From NCBI RefSeq assembly GCF_001194135.2, contig NC_068989.1, positions 11,821,031-11,879,714 on the forward strand: DNA of 58,684 bases, in the 5' to 3' direction. Below are positions 24,251 to 36,460 of the stretch, piece after piece. Source of the stretch: Octopus bimaculoides. Taxonomy: Eukaryota. Each line of letters opens with the position of its first letter. Positions within the stretch are counted from its first letter, which is position 1. The position numbers were made by a program, and so were the translations under genes. The notes below the pieces were generated by a model. That model was given only the letters and a program-made list of their open reading frames with translations. It made no database searches and was not told where the DNA came from.

Positions 24251-25864
24251 ATATATATATATATNNNNNNNNNNNNNNNNNNNNNNNNNNNNNNNNNNNN
24301 NNNNNNNNNNNNNNNNNNNNNNNNNNNNNNNNNNNNNNNNNNNNNNNNNNNNNNNNNNNNNNNNNNNNNNNNNNNNNNNNNNNNNNNNNNNNNNNNNNNN
24401 NNNNNNNNNNNNNNNNNNNNNNNNNNNNNNNNNNNNNNNNNNNNNNNNNNNNNNNNNNNNNNNNNNNNNNNNNNNNNNNNNNNNNNNNNNNNNNNNNNNN
24501 NNNNNNNNNNNNNNNNNNNNNNNNNNNNNNNNNNNNNNNNNNNNNNNNNNNNNNNNNNNNNNNNNNNNNNNNNNNNNNNNNNNNNNNNNNNNNNNNNNNA
24601 TATATATATATATATACATATGCACATCCATATGTATATATACATAAAAATATACAAACATACATTTTGGGATATATAAAATACAGACATATGCTTCTAT
24701 GTATGTGAGTGTTGTTTTCTACAGCAATGTCGTTTGAATTTGCACAGAATCTGTGTTTTAAGAAGAAATGCTGTATTTGTCAGCAAATGTTTTCCCAATG
24801 CAATAAAATGCCGAATTCACAACTACTCAACCATTGAAAATCGCTCAACCGTAACCATTTAAATCATGCAAAGTAATGCAGTTAGTATACCCATCCGGAT
24901 CTAGTCTGACCGATCAACAAATTCTTCCAGGACAGGCATACGTATTAACGGCACGCCAATTGATGTAATTGAGGCATCTATCAAGATGTTATCTGTCAGG
25001 AACCTGACATCTCAATCAAGAATGAAATATAGCTAAGAGCTTGAGAATGCTCGAGCAACGCGTGCCTTTACATGCGTATGTATGTATAAATGAGTGTATG
25101 AATGTGTGTATCTGTGTGTGTATGTGCAGGGGTTTAAATGTCTCTTAGAATTTATACCTATCTGAGGATCACCGGAGAAACCAACAGTTTATATACGAGC
25201 CAACGAAAAACAGCATTGTTCAACATTTATCTGGAAGATTCCTTAGCATACACACTTTGCATTATTCTGTATGTCACATTTTTTTTATTATTTAAATCTC
25301 CATCTGCAATGCAAGAGAGGAAAATCAGACAGACCTCTACGCAGTCACTCGAGATACCAGAAATAACATGTAAATCTCTCTCAAATCATAGTTTGCCATC
25401 TTATTCAAATAAAACTAGATTGCGTAACATTGTAATTGATGCATTGTACCTATAAATAAGAGAGAATGGTTATGGACCCTGTGTGTGCATATCTACGTTC
25501 AAATATGCCCTATTGGGTATATGTAAGTATCGGTTTTATATTCCTGTATGTGTTTTCTAATATATATATGTGCATCTGCACGCATGTGTGTGTATGTATG
25601 TTATGTATGTATGTAGGTTATATATGTGTGTATGTATGTATGTTTGTATATATATATATTTGTATGTACGTATGTACGTATGTATAGATTCATGTATGCA
25701 TGTATGTATGTATGTATGTTTGTATGTGTGTGTGTATGTATGTATGCATACAAGCATACATGCATACATGCTTGTACGTATGTATATATGTACGCATACA
25801 TGCATATAAGTAGGTGTAATGCATGCATGCATTTATGTATGCATGTATGGATGTAAGTATGTAT

Positions 25865-26152
25865 GCTCTTTTACTCTTTGCTGTTTTACTTGTTTCAGTC
25901 ATTTGACTGTGGCCATGCTGGAGCACCGCCTTTAGTCGAGCAAATCGACCCCAGGACTTACTCTTTGTAAGCCTAGTACTTATTCTATCGGTCTCTTTTG
26001 CGGAACTGCTAAGTTACGGGGACATAAACAAACCAACATCGGTTGTCAAGTGATAGTAGAAGACACTTGCCCAAGTTGCCACGCAGTAGGACTGAAACCC
26101 GTACCATGTGGTTGGTAAGCATGCTACTTATAACACAGCCACTCTTACGCCT
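25865..26152 (-). mobile_element. SINE family A with ~150-bp internal deletion removing the central microsatellite
   Basis: Both ends intact; junction ggttgtcaag-tg-atagtagaag at ~26050. Confidence 0.88.
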
Positions 26153-26870
26153 ACTAACATAATTTGAAAATACTATTTCTAATGTGTGTAGAGTGAAAAC
26201 AAAGGTACTGAAAGCAACACTATATGTATAGCTGAGAAATATATTCAATGGTGAACTGATGAATCATTAATGGGTAGAAGAAAATGCTCTGCACTATCGC
26301 TCCAACTTTCTAGGATCGAATCCCGCCTCAGCCACATTTCTGGCATGATCAATTAGTAAACAGTGAGATACTTTTTTTACTCTTAATCCCTGATATTTTT
26401 CATATGTTGCATTCGGACTTCTACGACGGTATGCTTTAAGAGTTTTATGAGTGTCACGAAAGGTCAGCTTGGAGACCGAACCTTCCGAATTCTTTTACAA
26501 GGCTTAGAAAAACTAAAGGACTGCTGAAATAAATGTTTGAATCTGAGAGGGGAATATGTTGAATAAAATCATAACTCATCCTCCCGTATTTTCATTTACC
26601 CAAAGTCAGGAGGTTTTCAGCACTCGCTCGTATATATATATGTGTACACACATACACACACAAACACACACACACATACGCACACATTATATGCATGTAT
26701 ATATGTATGCATATGTATGTATTCATATGTATAATATATATGTATGTGCATACATATATATACATATATATATATATATAATATAAATATATAGATATAT
26801 ACATATATCGATACATATATATACATACCTACATGTATGTGTATACATACATGCATATATGGGTACAGGA

Positions 26871-26927
<57 letters not shown>

Positions 26928-27320
26928 NNNNNNNNNNNNNNNNNNNNNNNNNNNNNNNNNNNNNNNNNNNNNNNNNNNNNNNNNNNNNNNNNNNNNNNNN
27001 NNNNNNNNNNNNNNNNNNNNNNNNNNNNNNNNNNNNNNNNNNNNNNNNNNNNNNNNNNNNNNNNNNNNNNNNNNNNNNNNNNNNNNNNNNNNNNNNNNNN
27101 NNNNNNNNNNNNNNNNNNNNNNNNNNNNNNNNNNNNNNNNNNNNNNNNNNNNNNNNNNNNNNNNNNNNNNNNNNNNNNNNNNNNNNNNNNNNNNNNNNNN
27201 NNNNNNNNNNNNNNNNNNNNNNNNNNNNNNNNNNNNNNNNNNNNNNNNNNNNNNNNNNNNNNNNNNNNNNNNNNNNNNNNNNNNNNNNNNNNNNNNNNNN
27301 NNNNNNNNNNNNNNNNNNNT

Positions 27321-27610
27321 ATATAGATAAATATAAATATATAGATAGATATGCACATATATACATAAAAGTGCATGTTTATATCCACCTCTAAAACATA
27401 TCTGTGTGTGAGCGTAAAAGAGAAAGCTTTAAATATATATATATATATATATATATGCATATATATATGCATATATATATGTATATAGATAAATATAAAT
27501 ATATAGATAGATATGCACATATATACATAAAAGTGCATGTTTATATCCACCTCTAAAACATATCTGTGTGTGAGCGTAAAAGAGAAAGCTTTAAATATAT
27601 ATATATATAT
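27321..27610. repeat. Two-unit ~162-bp direct duplication next to a gap
   Basis: atatagataaatataaat...gagaaagctttaaa at 27321 and ~27483. Confidence 0.85.
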
Positions 27611-29272
27611 ATATATATATTCACGTGACGTGTAAACTAATCGCTATGCGTGATATACGAGAACTGATATCCTATACATATAAATGTCGCTATAAAGAGA
27701 AATTACGCCAATCATAAAAGATGCATATATATCTTCACACATGTAGAAATGGACACGGCGCGCATATCTATACTCGCGCCGCATGGTGACGCACACATAC
27801 GCACAGATATTATATTCCACACGGCCATATATTTGTATAGAAAGTACGCCACGGTGATTGAGAGAGACACAGAGAGAGTGATAGAGAAAGAAAGACAGAG
27901 AGAGAGAGAGAGAGAGGGAGAGAAACAATGAGATACAGACAGATTGAATGTCTGAGAGGTGGGAAAAAGCAAAGGTAATAGAAAGAATGAAATAAAAGAG
28001 ATTGGGAATGTTTTATATTGGAAGAAATTATGCTCATATATATTCTGTATATATTATAACTATATATGTTTCATTGTGTATGTATTTTTATGGCTGTATG
28101 CATGTGTTTCTTTATATCGATGCATGCATGTGACACAAGATGCATGAAAATATGAATAAATATCGTGTATCGATGAGTATGTATGCATATGTACATATAT
28201 ATATATATATGTATATATTTATATTATCTCATTATATATATATATATATATATATATCCATATATATNNNNNNNNNNNNNNNNNNNNNNNNNNNNNNNNN
28301 NNNNNNNNNNNNNNNNNNNNNNNNNNNNNNNNNNNNNNNNNNNNNNNNNNNNNNNNNNNNNNNNNNNNNNNNNNNNNNNNNNNNNNNNNNNNNNNNNNNN
28401 NNNNNNNNNNNNNNNNNNNNNNNNNNNNNNNNNNNNNNNNNNNNNNNNNNNNNNNNNNNNNNNNNNNNNNNNNNNNNNNNNNNNNNNNNNNNNNNNNNNN
28501 NNNNNNNNNNNNNNNNNNNNNNNNNNNNNNNNNNNNNNNNNNNNNNNNNNNNNNNNNNNNNNNNNNNNNNNNNNNNNNNNNNNNNNNNNNNNNNNNNNNN
28601 NNNNNNNNNNNNNNNNNNNNNNNNNNNNNNNNNNNNNNNNNNNNNNNNNNNNNNNNNNNNNNNNNNNNNNNNNNNNNNNNNNNNNNNNNNNNNNNNNNNN
28701 NNNNNNNNNNNNNNNNNNNNNNNNNNNNNNNNNNNNNNNNNNNNNNNNNNNNNNNNNNNNNNNNNNNNNNNNNNNNNNNNNNNNNNNNNNNNNNNNNNNN
28801 NNNNNNNNNNNNNNNNNNNNNNNNNNNNNNNNNNNNNNNNNNNNNNNNNNNNNNNNNNNNNNNNNNNNNNNNNNNNNNNNNNNNNNNNNNNNNNNNNNNN
28901 NNNNNNNNNNNNNNNNNNNNNNNNNNNNNNNNNNNNNNNNNNNNNNNNNNNNNNNNNNNNNNNNNNNNNNNNNNNNNNNNNNNNNNNNNNNNNNNNNNNN
29001 NNNNNNNNNNNNNNNNNNNNNNNNNNNNNNNNNNNNNNNNNNNNNNNNNNNNNNNNNNNNNNNNNNNNNNNNNNNNNNNNNNNNNNNNNNNNNNNNNNNN
29101 NNNNNNNNNNNNNNNNNNNNNNNNNNNNNNNNNNNNNNNNNNNNNNNNNNNNNNNNNNNNNNNNNNNNNNNNNNNNNNTATATATACACGCGTGTGTTTG
29201 TATATGTATGTATATATATATGTATACATACATATATATGTGTGCATATATGTACATATATATATTTACTTA

Positions 29273-29304
<32 letters not shown>

Positions 29305-29648
29305 CTGCGTATGTGTGAGACAGAGAGAGAAAGAGAGCGGGAAAGAGAGAGAAAGAAAGAGATAGAGAGAGAGAGAGACACTAACACACATATATATAAT
29401 CCGTATGTGTGTGTGGTGTGTAAATACATATTTTATACACGCTATCATATTTATGTCGTTAGTTGATTGTATTGATCTCAGGCTTCTGGCTCCCGGTATT
29501 GCGTTCTACCTGACTTAGCTATCCTCTTTCATTCTCTCTCTTCTCTCAGTTTTTACGTATGTATGTTTGTATGTATACTTATATATATATGTATATATAT
29601 ATGCATATGCATACATATGCATACACACATACACACGCGCACACAGAC

Positions 29649-29685
<37 letters not shown>

Positions 29686-29989
29686 NNNNNNNNNNCATAT
29701 GCATACATATGCATACACACATACACACGCGCACACAGACATATATATATATAAATATATATATATGTATGTATTGGTGAACTGGTAGAATCATGGCAAC
29801 GTCGGAGAAATTGCATTACGGCATTCATCCTGGCTTTCTGCTTTCTAATACCAAATCCCACCCAGTTTTAACCTAGCCCTTCAATTTCTTCGAGATTGAT
29901 AAACAAAATGATAGTAATAATATTTCTCTCTTTATCTCTCCACATCGCCTTGTTTCATACTTTGTTTTGTTTGGAAAAAATCAACTGAA

Positions 29990-30325
29990 GTCAAACCATG
30001 TGACGGATCGTTCTTACAATGTGCAAATGTTCAAAACACGCTGCATCTTACGACCAGTTCTCTCATAAAGGGGTAATTTGGAGAAACTTGCAGCAGTTAC
30101 ACCATTGCAACGGAATATTATGTATAACCAAACCAGCGTGAATGGCACTTCAATACTCTTACTACTTCAGAGGTATCTGTTCTTATTTCTGGAGAAAATT
30201 TCAATTGACAAGCCATTATCTTCGGAAAGTAAGGTGACAAAATTTATTCATATGTCTGAGACTACTAAGAACTATGACAATTTGCAACATCCTCTGATAT
30301 TCTGGGAATAGGAGAATGGATATGG
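29990..30325 (+). mobile_element. Helitron Rep-domain remnant
   Basis: ...IHMSETTKNYDNLQHPLIFWE*ENGY matches the Helitron motif ISETHRSYDALQYPLIFWQGEDGY; upstream YNVQMFKT is also similar. Confidence 0.65.
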
Positions 30326-30560
30326 CTTTCAGCACGGAAGACGCGTTGGCACAAAGAAAAAAAAAGAAGAAAAAATTGAAATATTTGATTATTATATGCC
30401 TCTAGAATTATGGAGACACAATATGACCCTCACATTTCAAGGTGCGGTTGGCTCCTCGATGGAATCATTGTTAACATGCATACCAATTTTGAGTCTAAAC
30501 CGTTGTGCTACATGAAACATAACTAGATAATACTAGGAGTGAAATAATGCATTCATTTAA

Positions 30561-30727
30561 GGCCGCGAACTGGCAGAACCGTTACCACGCTGGGCAAAAG
30601 GCCGAGCGGCATTTCGTTCATCTTCACGGTCTGAGTTCAAATTCCGCCGGGGTCGACTTTGCCTTTTATCTTTCGGGGGTCAATAAAATAAGTACCAGTT
30701 GAGTACTGTGGTCGATGAAATCAACTC
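30561..30727 (+). mobile_element. SINE family B, lacking tail
   Basis: Match to 7402-7570. Confidence 0.88.
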
Positions 30728-30893
30728 AGCGTAATACTCCGAAAGCGATAACCCTGTACCAAAAAGCTGAAAACAATATTTACGTCCCTCTTACAGATGG
30801 TGTTGAAAATAATGACCATTATCCACCCATTCTTCTATCCATTTGTCTATCTAACTTAAGTAACGAATTATTCCTATCATGTCTCTCTTTCAC

Positions 30894-31281
30894 GTGGAGG
30901 CGCAATGGCCAAGTGGTTAGGGCAGCGGAATCGCGGTCATAGGAACGCGGTTTCGATTCCCAGACTGGGCGTTGTGAGTGTTTATTGAGCAAAAACGCCT
31001 AAAGCTCCACAAGGCTCCGGCAGGGGATGGTGGCGAACCCTGCTGTACTCTTTCACCACAATTTTCTCTTACTTCTTGTTTCTGTTGTACCTGTAATTCA
31101 AAGGTTCAGCCTTGTCACACTCTGTGTCACGCTGAATATCCCCGAGAACTACGTTAAGGGTACGCGTGTCTGTGGAGTGCTCAGCCACTTGCACGTTAAT
31201 TTCACGAGCAGGCTGTTCCTTTGATCGGATCAACTGGAATCCTCGACGTCGTAAGCGACGGAGTGTCAACAACAGCAACAA
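30894..31281 (+). mobile_element. SINE family C (H1+T1), full length with 12-bp TSD
   Basis: A box tggccaagtggttagg, B box ggtttcgattcc, (AAC)n tail. TSD tctctctttcac at 30882-30893 and 31282-31293. Confidence 0.93.
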
Positions 31282-31871
31282 TCTCTCTTTCACACACACA
31301 AGCCATTTTTTAACTTTACCCCTCCATACATTTTTCGCTTCTGTTTTCGTTCAACACCTTAGTCTCGTATTTTTTTTGCTTTTTTTCCCTACCTTCTCTA
31401 TTCTCTATTCACAATTCCCCGCTGTTATTCTTTCCAGATTTTTAATCTCCCTTTTACACCTAATAATAACTGTACCGCACCCCCTTTTCATACTATATTG
31501 CTTCAACTCATACCCCATCTCGTATTCAATAAAGCATATTCCCTCCCACTCTCTCTGTCACTCTCTTCGCCGTGTTTGCCTGTCTGTCTGCCGGCCCCTC
31601 TTCTTTATTTAAAACCCTTTTCGCCTAATATCCCCCTTTCTGACCTTCTATTTCATTTCCGCATTTTTAATACATTTGGGAACAGCAATTAGAATCTCCA
31701 CTTCACACCTTAATCACTACCATCACCAGCACCAGCAAGACGAGCACCACCACCACAACTAGCACCACAACGGCCAGCACTACTACTAACAAGAACAACA
31801 ACAACGGAAACACCAGCACCAATGACAAGAACATAACTACCACCCACACCACTACCACTACCGTTACTAAT

Positions 31872-32866
31872 ATTAATTTCAAATTTTGGTTCGGAGCCAG
31901 CGATTTCGTGGGGAGAGAGTAAATCGATTACATTGATCTCAGTGCTCAACTGGTACTTATTTTACTGTCCCCGAAGGGAAGGAAGGCAAAGTCGACCTTA
32001 GCGGAATTTGAACTCAGAACGTAAAGACAGACGAAATACCTATTTCTTTACTGCCCACAAGGGGTTATACACAGAGGGGACAAACAAGGACAAACAAACA
32101 GATTAAGTCGATTATATCGACCCCAGTGCGTAACTGGTACTTATTTAATCGACCCCGAAAGGCTGAAAGGCAAAGTCGACCTCGGCGAAATTTGAACTCA
32201 GAACGTAGCGGCAGACGAAATACCGCTAAGCATTTCGCCCGGCGTGCTAACGTTTCTTATTTCTTTATTACCAACAAGGGGTTGATAAAATAATTACCGA
32301 TTGAACACTGGTGGAGGGGGGGGGGTCGCTCTTATCGCCTTGCCACCTCTCCTGAATTTGCTGGCTTTGAACCAAAAATTGAAACCATTACACTTTAGAT
32401 TATACCAAGTGGGTGAGCTAGCAGAATCGTTACCATTCCGAGCGAAATGTTTTACAGTATTTCGCCCGTCGCTGCGTTCCGAGTTCAAATTCCGCCGAGG
32501 TCCACTTAGCTTTTCATCCTTTCGGGGCTGATAAATTAAGTACCAGTCAAGCACTGGGGTCGATGTGATCGACCAGTACCCTCCCCTCAAATTCCAAGCC
32601 TTGTGCCTGTAGTAGAAAGGACGATATTTTAGATACACTGTTCCTTGTAAGGTACCGCTGGCAGAATCGTTAGCACGCCGGAAAAAAGGCTTAGCGGCAT
32701 TTCGTACATGTTTACGTCCTGAGTTCAAATTCTACTGTGGTCGACTTTGCCTTTTGTCCTTTCAGAGTCGATAAAATAAGCATCGGATGAGCACTGGGGT
32801 CGATGTAATCGACTTACTACCTCTTCTGAAATTGCTGGCCTTGTGCCAAAATTTGAAACCAATATT
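31872..32866. mobile_element. Cluster of six SINE-B copies or fragments (three minus: 31872-32040, 32041-32256, 32257-32284; three plus: ~32278-32390, 32411-32620, 32651-32866)
   Basis: Each carries part of the B core gtcgactttgcctttcatcctttcggggtcgataaa.taagtaccag and/or a B tail. Confidence 0.85.
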
Positions 32867-32869
32867 TGT

Positions 32870-33370
32870 TGCAATAACAACAGTAGCAGCAGCACCACCA
32901 CCACAGCAACAACAACACCAAGAACTATTATGGAAAGAAAGATAGCTGCAACAAGATGAACTGCAACAATAAGAAGTAGTAGTGACAACAACAAGAACAG
33001 CGATTGCTATTTTCGCATCGACAATAACAACAGTAATGTCTTCAGGGTGAATTACGTGACCAACAACACGAACAACAATAACGTAATAGGAAAAACTACA
33101 ACAGCCCCAGGAAGCTGCAGCAGCAGCAGCACCACCACCACCACCACCGCCACAACCACCACCACCATCGCAAGAAGAAAAGTAGATGAAGAAAAAGAAA
33201 AAGAACAACAATTGTCAGCACGACAAGGCCAATACCACCACCACCACAAGAAGAAAAGTAGAACATTAACAACTATCAGAATGACACCACCACCAGCGCC
33301 ACCACCACCACTATCACAACCACCACCACCACCACCACCATCAGTACTACGACGAAGACAACCACCACCA
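32870..33370. repeat. Degenerate (AAC/ACC/AGC)n low-complexity tract
   Basis: Seen directly; similar tracts at 31720-31860, 36590-36990, 38860-39020 and 57140-57460. Confidence 0.85.
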
Positions 33371-34307
33371 NNNNNNNNNNNNNNNNNNNNNNNNNNNNNN
33401 NNNNNNNNNNNNNNNNNNNNNNNNNNNNNNNNNNNNNNNNNNNNNNNNNNNNNNNNNNNNNNNNNNNNNNNNNNNNNNNNNNNNNNNNNNNNNNNNNNNN
33501 NNNNNNNNNNNNNNNNNNNNNNNNNNNNNNNNNNNNNNNNNNNNNNNNNNNNNNNNNNNNNNNNNNNNNNNNNNNNNNNNNNNNNNNNNNNNNNNNNNNN
33601 NNNNNNNNNNNNNNNNNNNNNNNNNNNNNNNNNNNNNNNNNNNNNNNNNNNNNNNNNNNNNNNNNNNNNNNNNNNNNNNNNNNNNNNNNNNNNNNNNNNN
33701 NNNNNNNNNNNNNNNNNNNNNNNNNNNNNNNNNNNNNNNNNNNNNNNNNNNNNNNNNNNNNNNNNNNNNNNNNNNNNNNNNNNNNNNNNNNNNNNNNNNN
33801 NNNNNNNNNNNNNNNNNNNNNNNNNNNNNNNNNNNNNNNNNNNNNNNNNNNNNNNNNNNNNNNNNNNNNNNNNNNNNNNNNNNNNNNNNNNNNNNNNNNN
33901 NNNNNNNNNNNNNNNNNNNNNNNNNNNNNNNNNNNNNNNNNNNNNNNNNNNNNNNNNNNNNNNNNNNNNNNNNNNNNNNNNNNNNNNNNNNNNNNNNNNN
34001 NNNNNNNNNNNNNNNNNNNNNNNNNNNNNNNNNNNNNNNNNNNNNNNNNNNNNNNNNNNNNNNNNNNNNNNNNNNNNNNNNNNNNNNNNNNNNNNNNNNN
34101 NNNNNNNNNNNNNNNNNNNNNNNNNNNNNNNNNNNNNNNNNNNNNNNNNNNNNNNNNNNNNNNNNNNNNNNNNNNNNNNNNNAAAGATATCTTGCAATCT
34201 TCATCTCACTAGTTTTAGGGAGCACAGAAAGGGTCATAGCTTTGTCACTTTTGTTATGACAAGGCCGTACACAACACCCAACGTTTAACTATCAACATAC
34301 CTGATTA

Positions 34308-34356
<49 letters not shown>

Positions 34357-34470
34357 ATAGTGTTCGTTATATACCGTGTTATTTCTACTTATTTCTAGAC
34401 GAATGTTACCAATTTTTTTCTCAGTGCCGAAATCCCGGAATTCTGGAATGAATGATGGCTGATGATAAGG

Positions 34471-34513
<43 letters not shown>

Positions 34514-34610
34514 ACACACACACACACATACACACACACACACACATGTATTATGTGTGTATATATATATATATGTGTGTGTGCATTTGAGTGTATATAT
34601 GCATATATAC

Positions 34611-34678
<68 letters not shown>

Positions 34679-35300
34679 CTTCTTCTACCTGTCCCCATTC
34701 ACGATCCAAATGTGCCTTAAGATGTGTCAAAGACACAATTTGTCCAAACCAACTCACTTCTATAGCTATCGTCACAGAAACCTATATTTACAACCTTAAG
34801 ATCGAACACCATTAACAACCATCAACAATCACACATAAATTCTATTGTGACAATAAACAAAATTACCGCAACTGTTAGCCATATAATCAAGTCGTCCAGT
34901 GACCAAAGTACTAGTATGGCTTCTGTGAAAACAAAAACCAAATTAAGAAATCTTTAAAGGACTATAATTTAATGTCGGCGTGGACTGTAATAAAACATTG
35001 ATATAGACTGAGTTTCCTGAAATGATATGTTATAAACTGTTTATATTGTGTCAGTAATTTAGCCATTTCTGGGCGATTCTTGTTAAGCTTGATGTTATTA
35101 TCATAGCATGCGACACACCTATACAAATAAATACACTGCACATCTATTTCTGTCTGTCTGCCTGTATGTATGTATCTATGTATCTATCTATCTATTTGTC
35201 TATATGCCATTTGATTGCATGTCTGTCTGTCTGTCTGTCAGTCTGTATGTATGTATGCATGTATGTATGTATGTATGTATGTATGTATGTATGTATGTAT

Positions 35301-35707
35301 CTGCTCAAGATTGGTTGTGTGAATGCGCGTGGCATGGGGTCCCCTTGGAAACAAGGGTACCTCCTAAACGACATAAAGTCACATAAACTAGAAATCATAG
35401 CCATAAGCGAGACCAGACTCCATGATCCGCGGACCCAACGTCCATGTTTGGCAGATAGTTTAACATTTATTTTTCTCCCTGTCTGCCGAGAATGGGCGGT
35501 AGTGGTACGGCGGTACTCTTTCGCAAGAGTCTGGATCTCGAAGTAAAGACAGTATTCATAGNNNNNNNNNNGGCGGTACTCTTTCGCAAGAGTCTGGATC
35601 TCGAAGTAAAGACAGTATTCATAGACCCGGAGGGTAGATTGGTTGTTCTGGATGTCGATGGCAGCGATGGGTGTACTTTTCGACTCATATCAGTCTACGC
35701 ACCACCT
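35301..35707 (+). mobile_element. L1/Tx1-clade LINE ORF2 N-terminal APE endonuclease fragment
   Basis: LKIGCVNARG...IIAISETRL, frameshift, GGSGTAVLFRK...DPEGRLVVLDV...FRLISVYAP (APE domains I-IV). A 53-bp assembly duplication surrounds the 10-N gap. Confidence 0.85.
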
Positions 35708-35709
35708 TT

Positions 35710-35904
35710 AACAAGTGTGTGTATGTATACGTGTACATGTGTGTGTTTGTGCACGCACACACACATATATGCGTGCGTGTGTATGTATATGCATATATGT
35801 GTGTACTTGTGCACACATATATGCGTGTGTGTGTATGTATATATGTATTATGTATGCATGCATGTGTGTATGTTTGTGTGTGTATATGTATACATGTGAG
35901 TATG

Positions 35905-35970
<66 letters not shown>

Positions 35971-36209
35971 CGTGTATATCTTTGTGTGTATATGTGAATG
36001 TATACATGTTTATGTTTTTCCTGTATGTATGTATATATATGTATGTATGTATATATGTATGTATGTATATATGTATGTATGTGTGTATGTATGCGTATAT
36101 GTGTGTATGTATGTATATATGTATGTATGTATGTATGTATGTGTGTATGTATGTGTGTATGTGTGTATGTATGTATGATATGTGCTTGCGTTGTGTGTAT
36201 GTACGTATG

Positions 36210-36243
<34 letters not shown>

Positions 36244-36460
36244 TGTATGTATGTATGTATGTATGCATGTATATGTGTGTGTGTATGCATTTATGTATGT
36301 ATGTATGTCTGTAGGTATGTATGTATATATGTATGTATTTATGTATGTATGTATGTATGCATGTATGTATGTATTTATGTATTTATGTATGTATGTATGT
36401 ATGTTTGTATATATCTATGTACGTATGTATTTATGTATTTATGTATGTATGTATGTATGT
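35710..36460. repeat. Long compound (GT)/(TA)/(TATG)n microsatellite
   Basis: Seen directly. Confidence 0.95.

Noticed and set aside
30894-30975. tRNA gene calls at SINE heads (also 50463, 3110-3186, 7402)
   Set aside because: A and B boxes are present, but there is no complete cloverleaf and each continues into a SINE body.
33047-34288. 413-aa Pro/Thr-rich ORF
   Set aside because: About two thirds is N. The real part is degenerate ACC/AAC repeat following a SINE tail, with no domain or convincing splice context.
35508-35622. 53-bp tandem duplication inside the endonuclease fragment (similar cases at 29590-29770 and 27321-27610)
   Set aside because: The copies flank 10-N spacers or gap edges, typical of unmerged contig overlaps.
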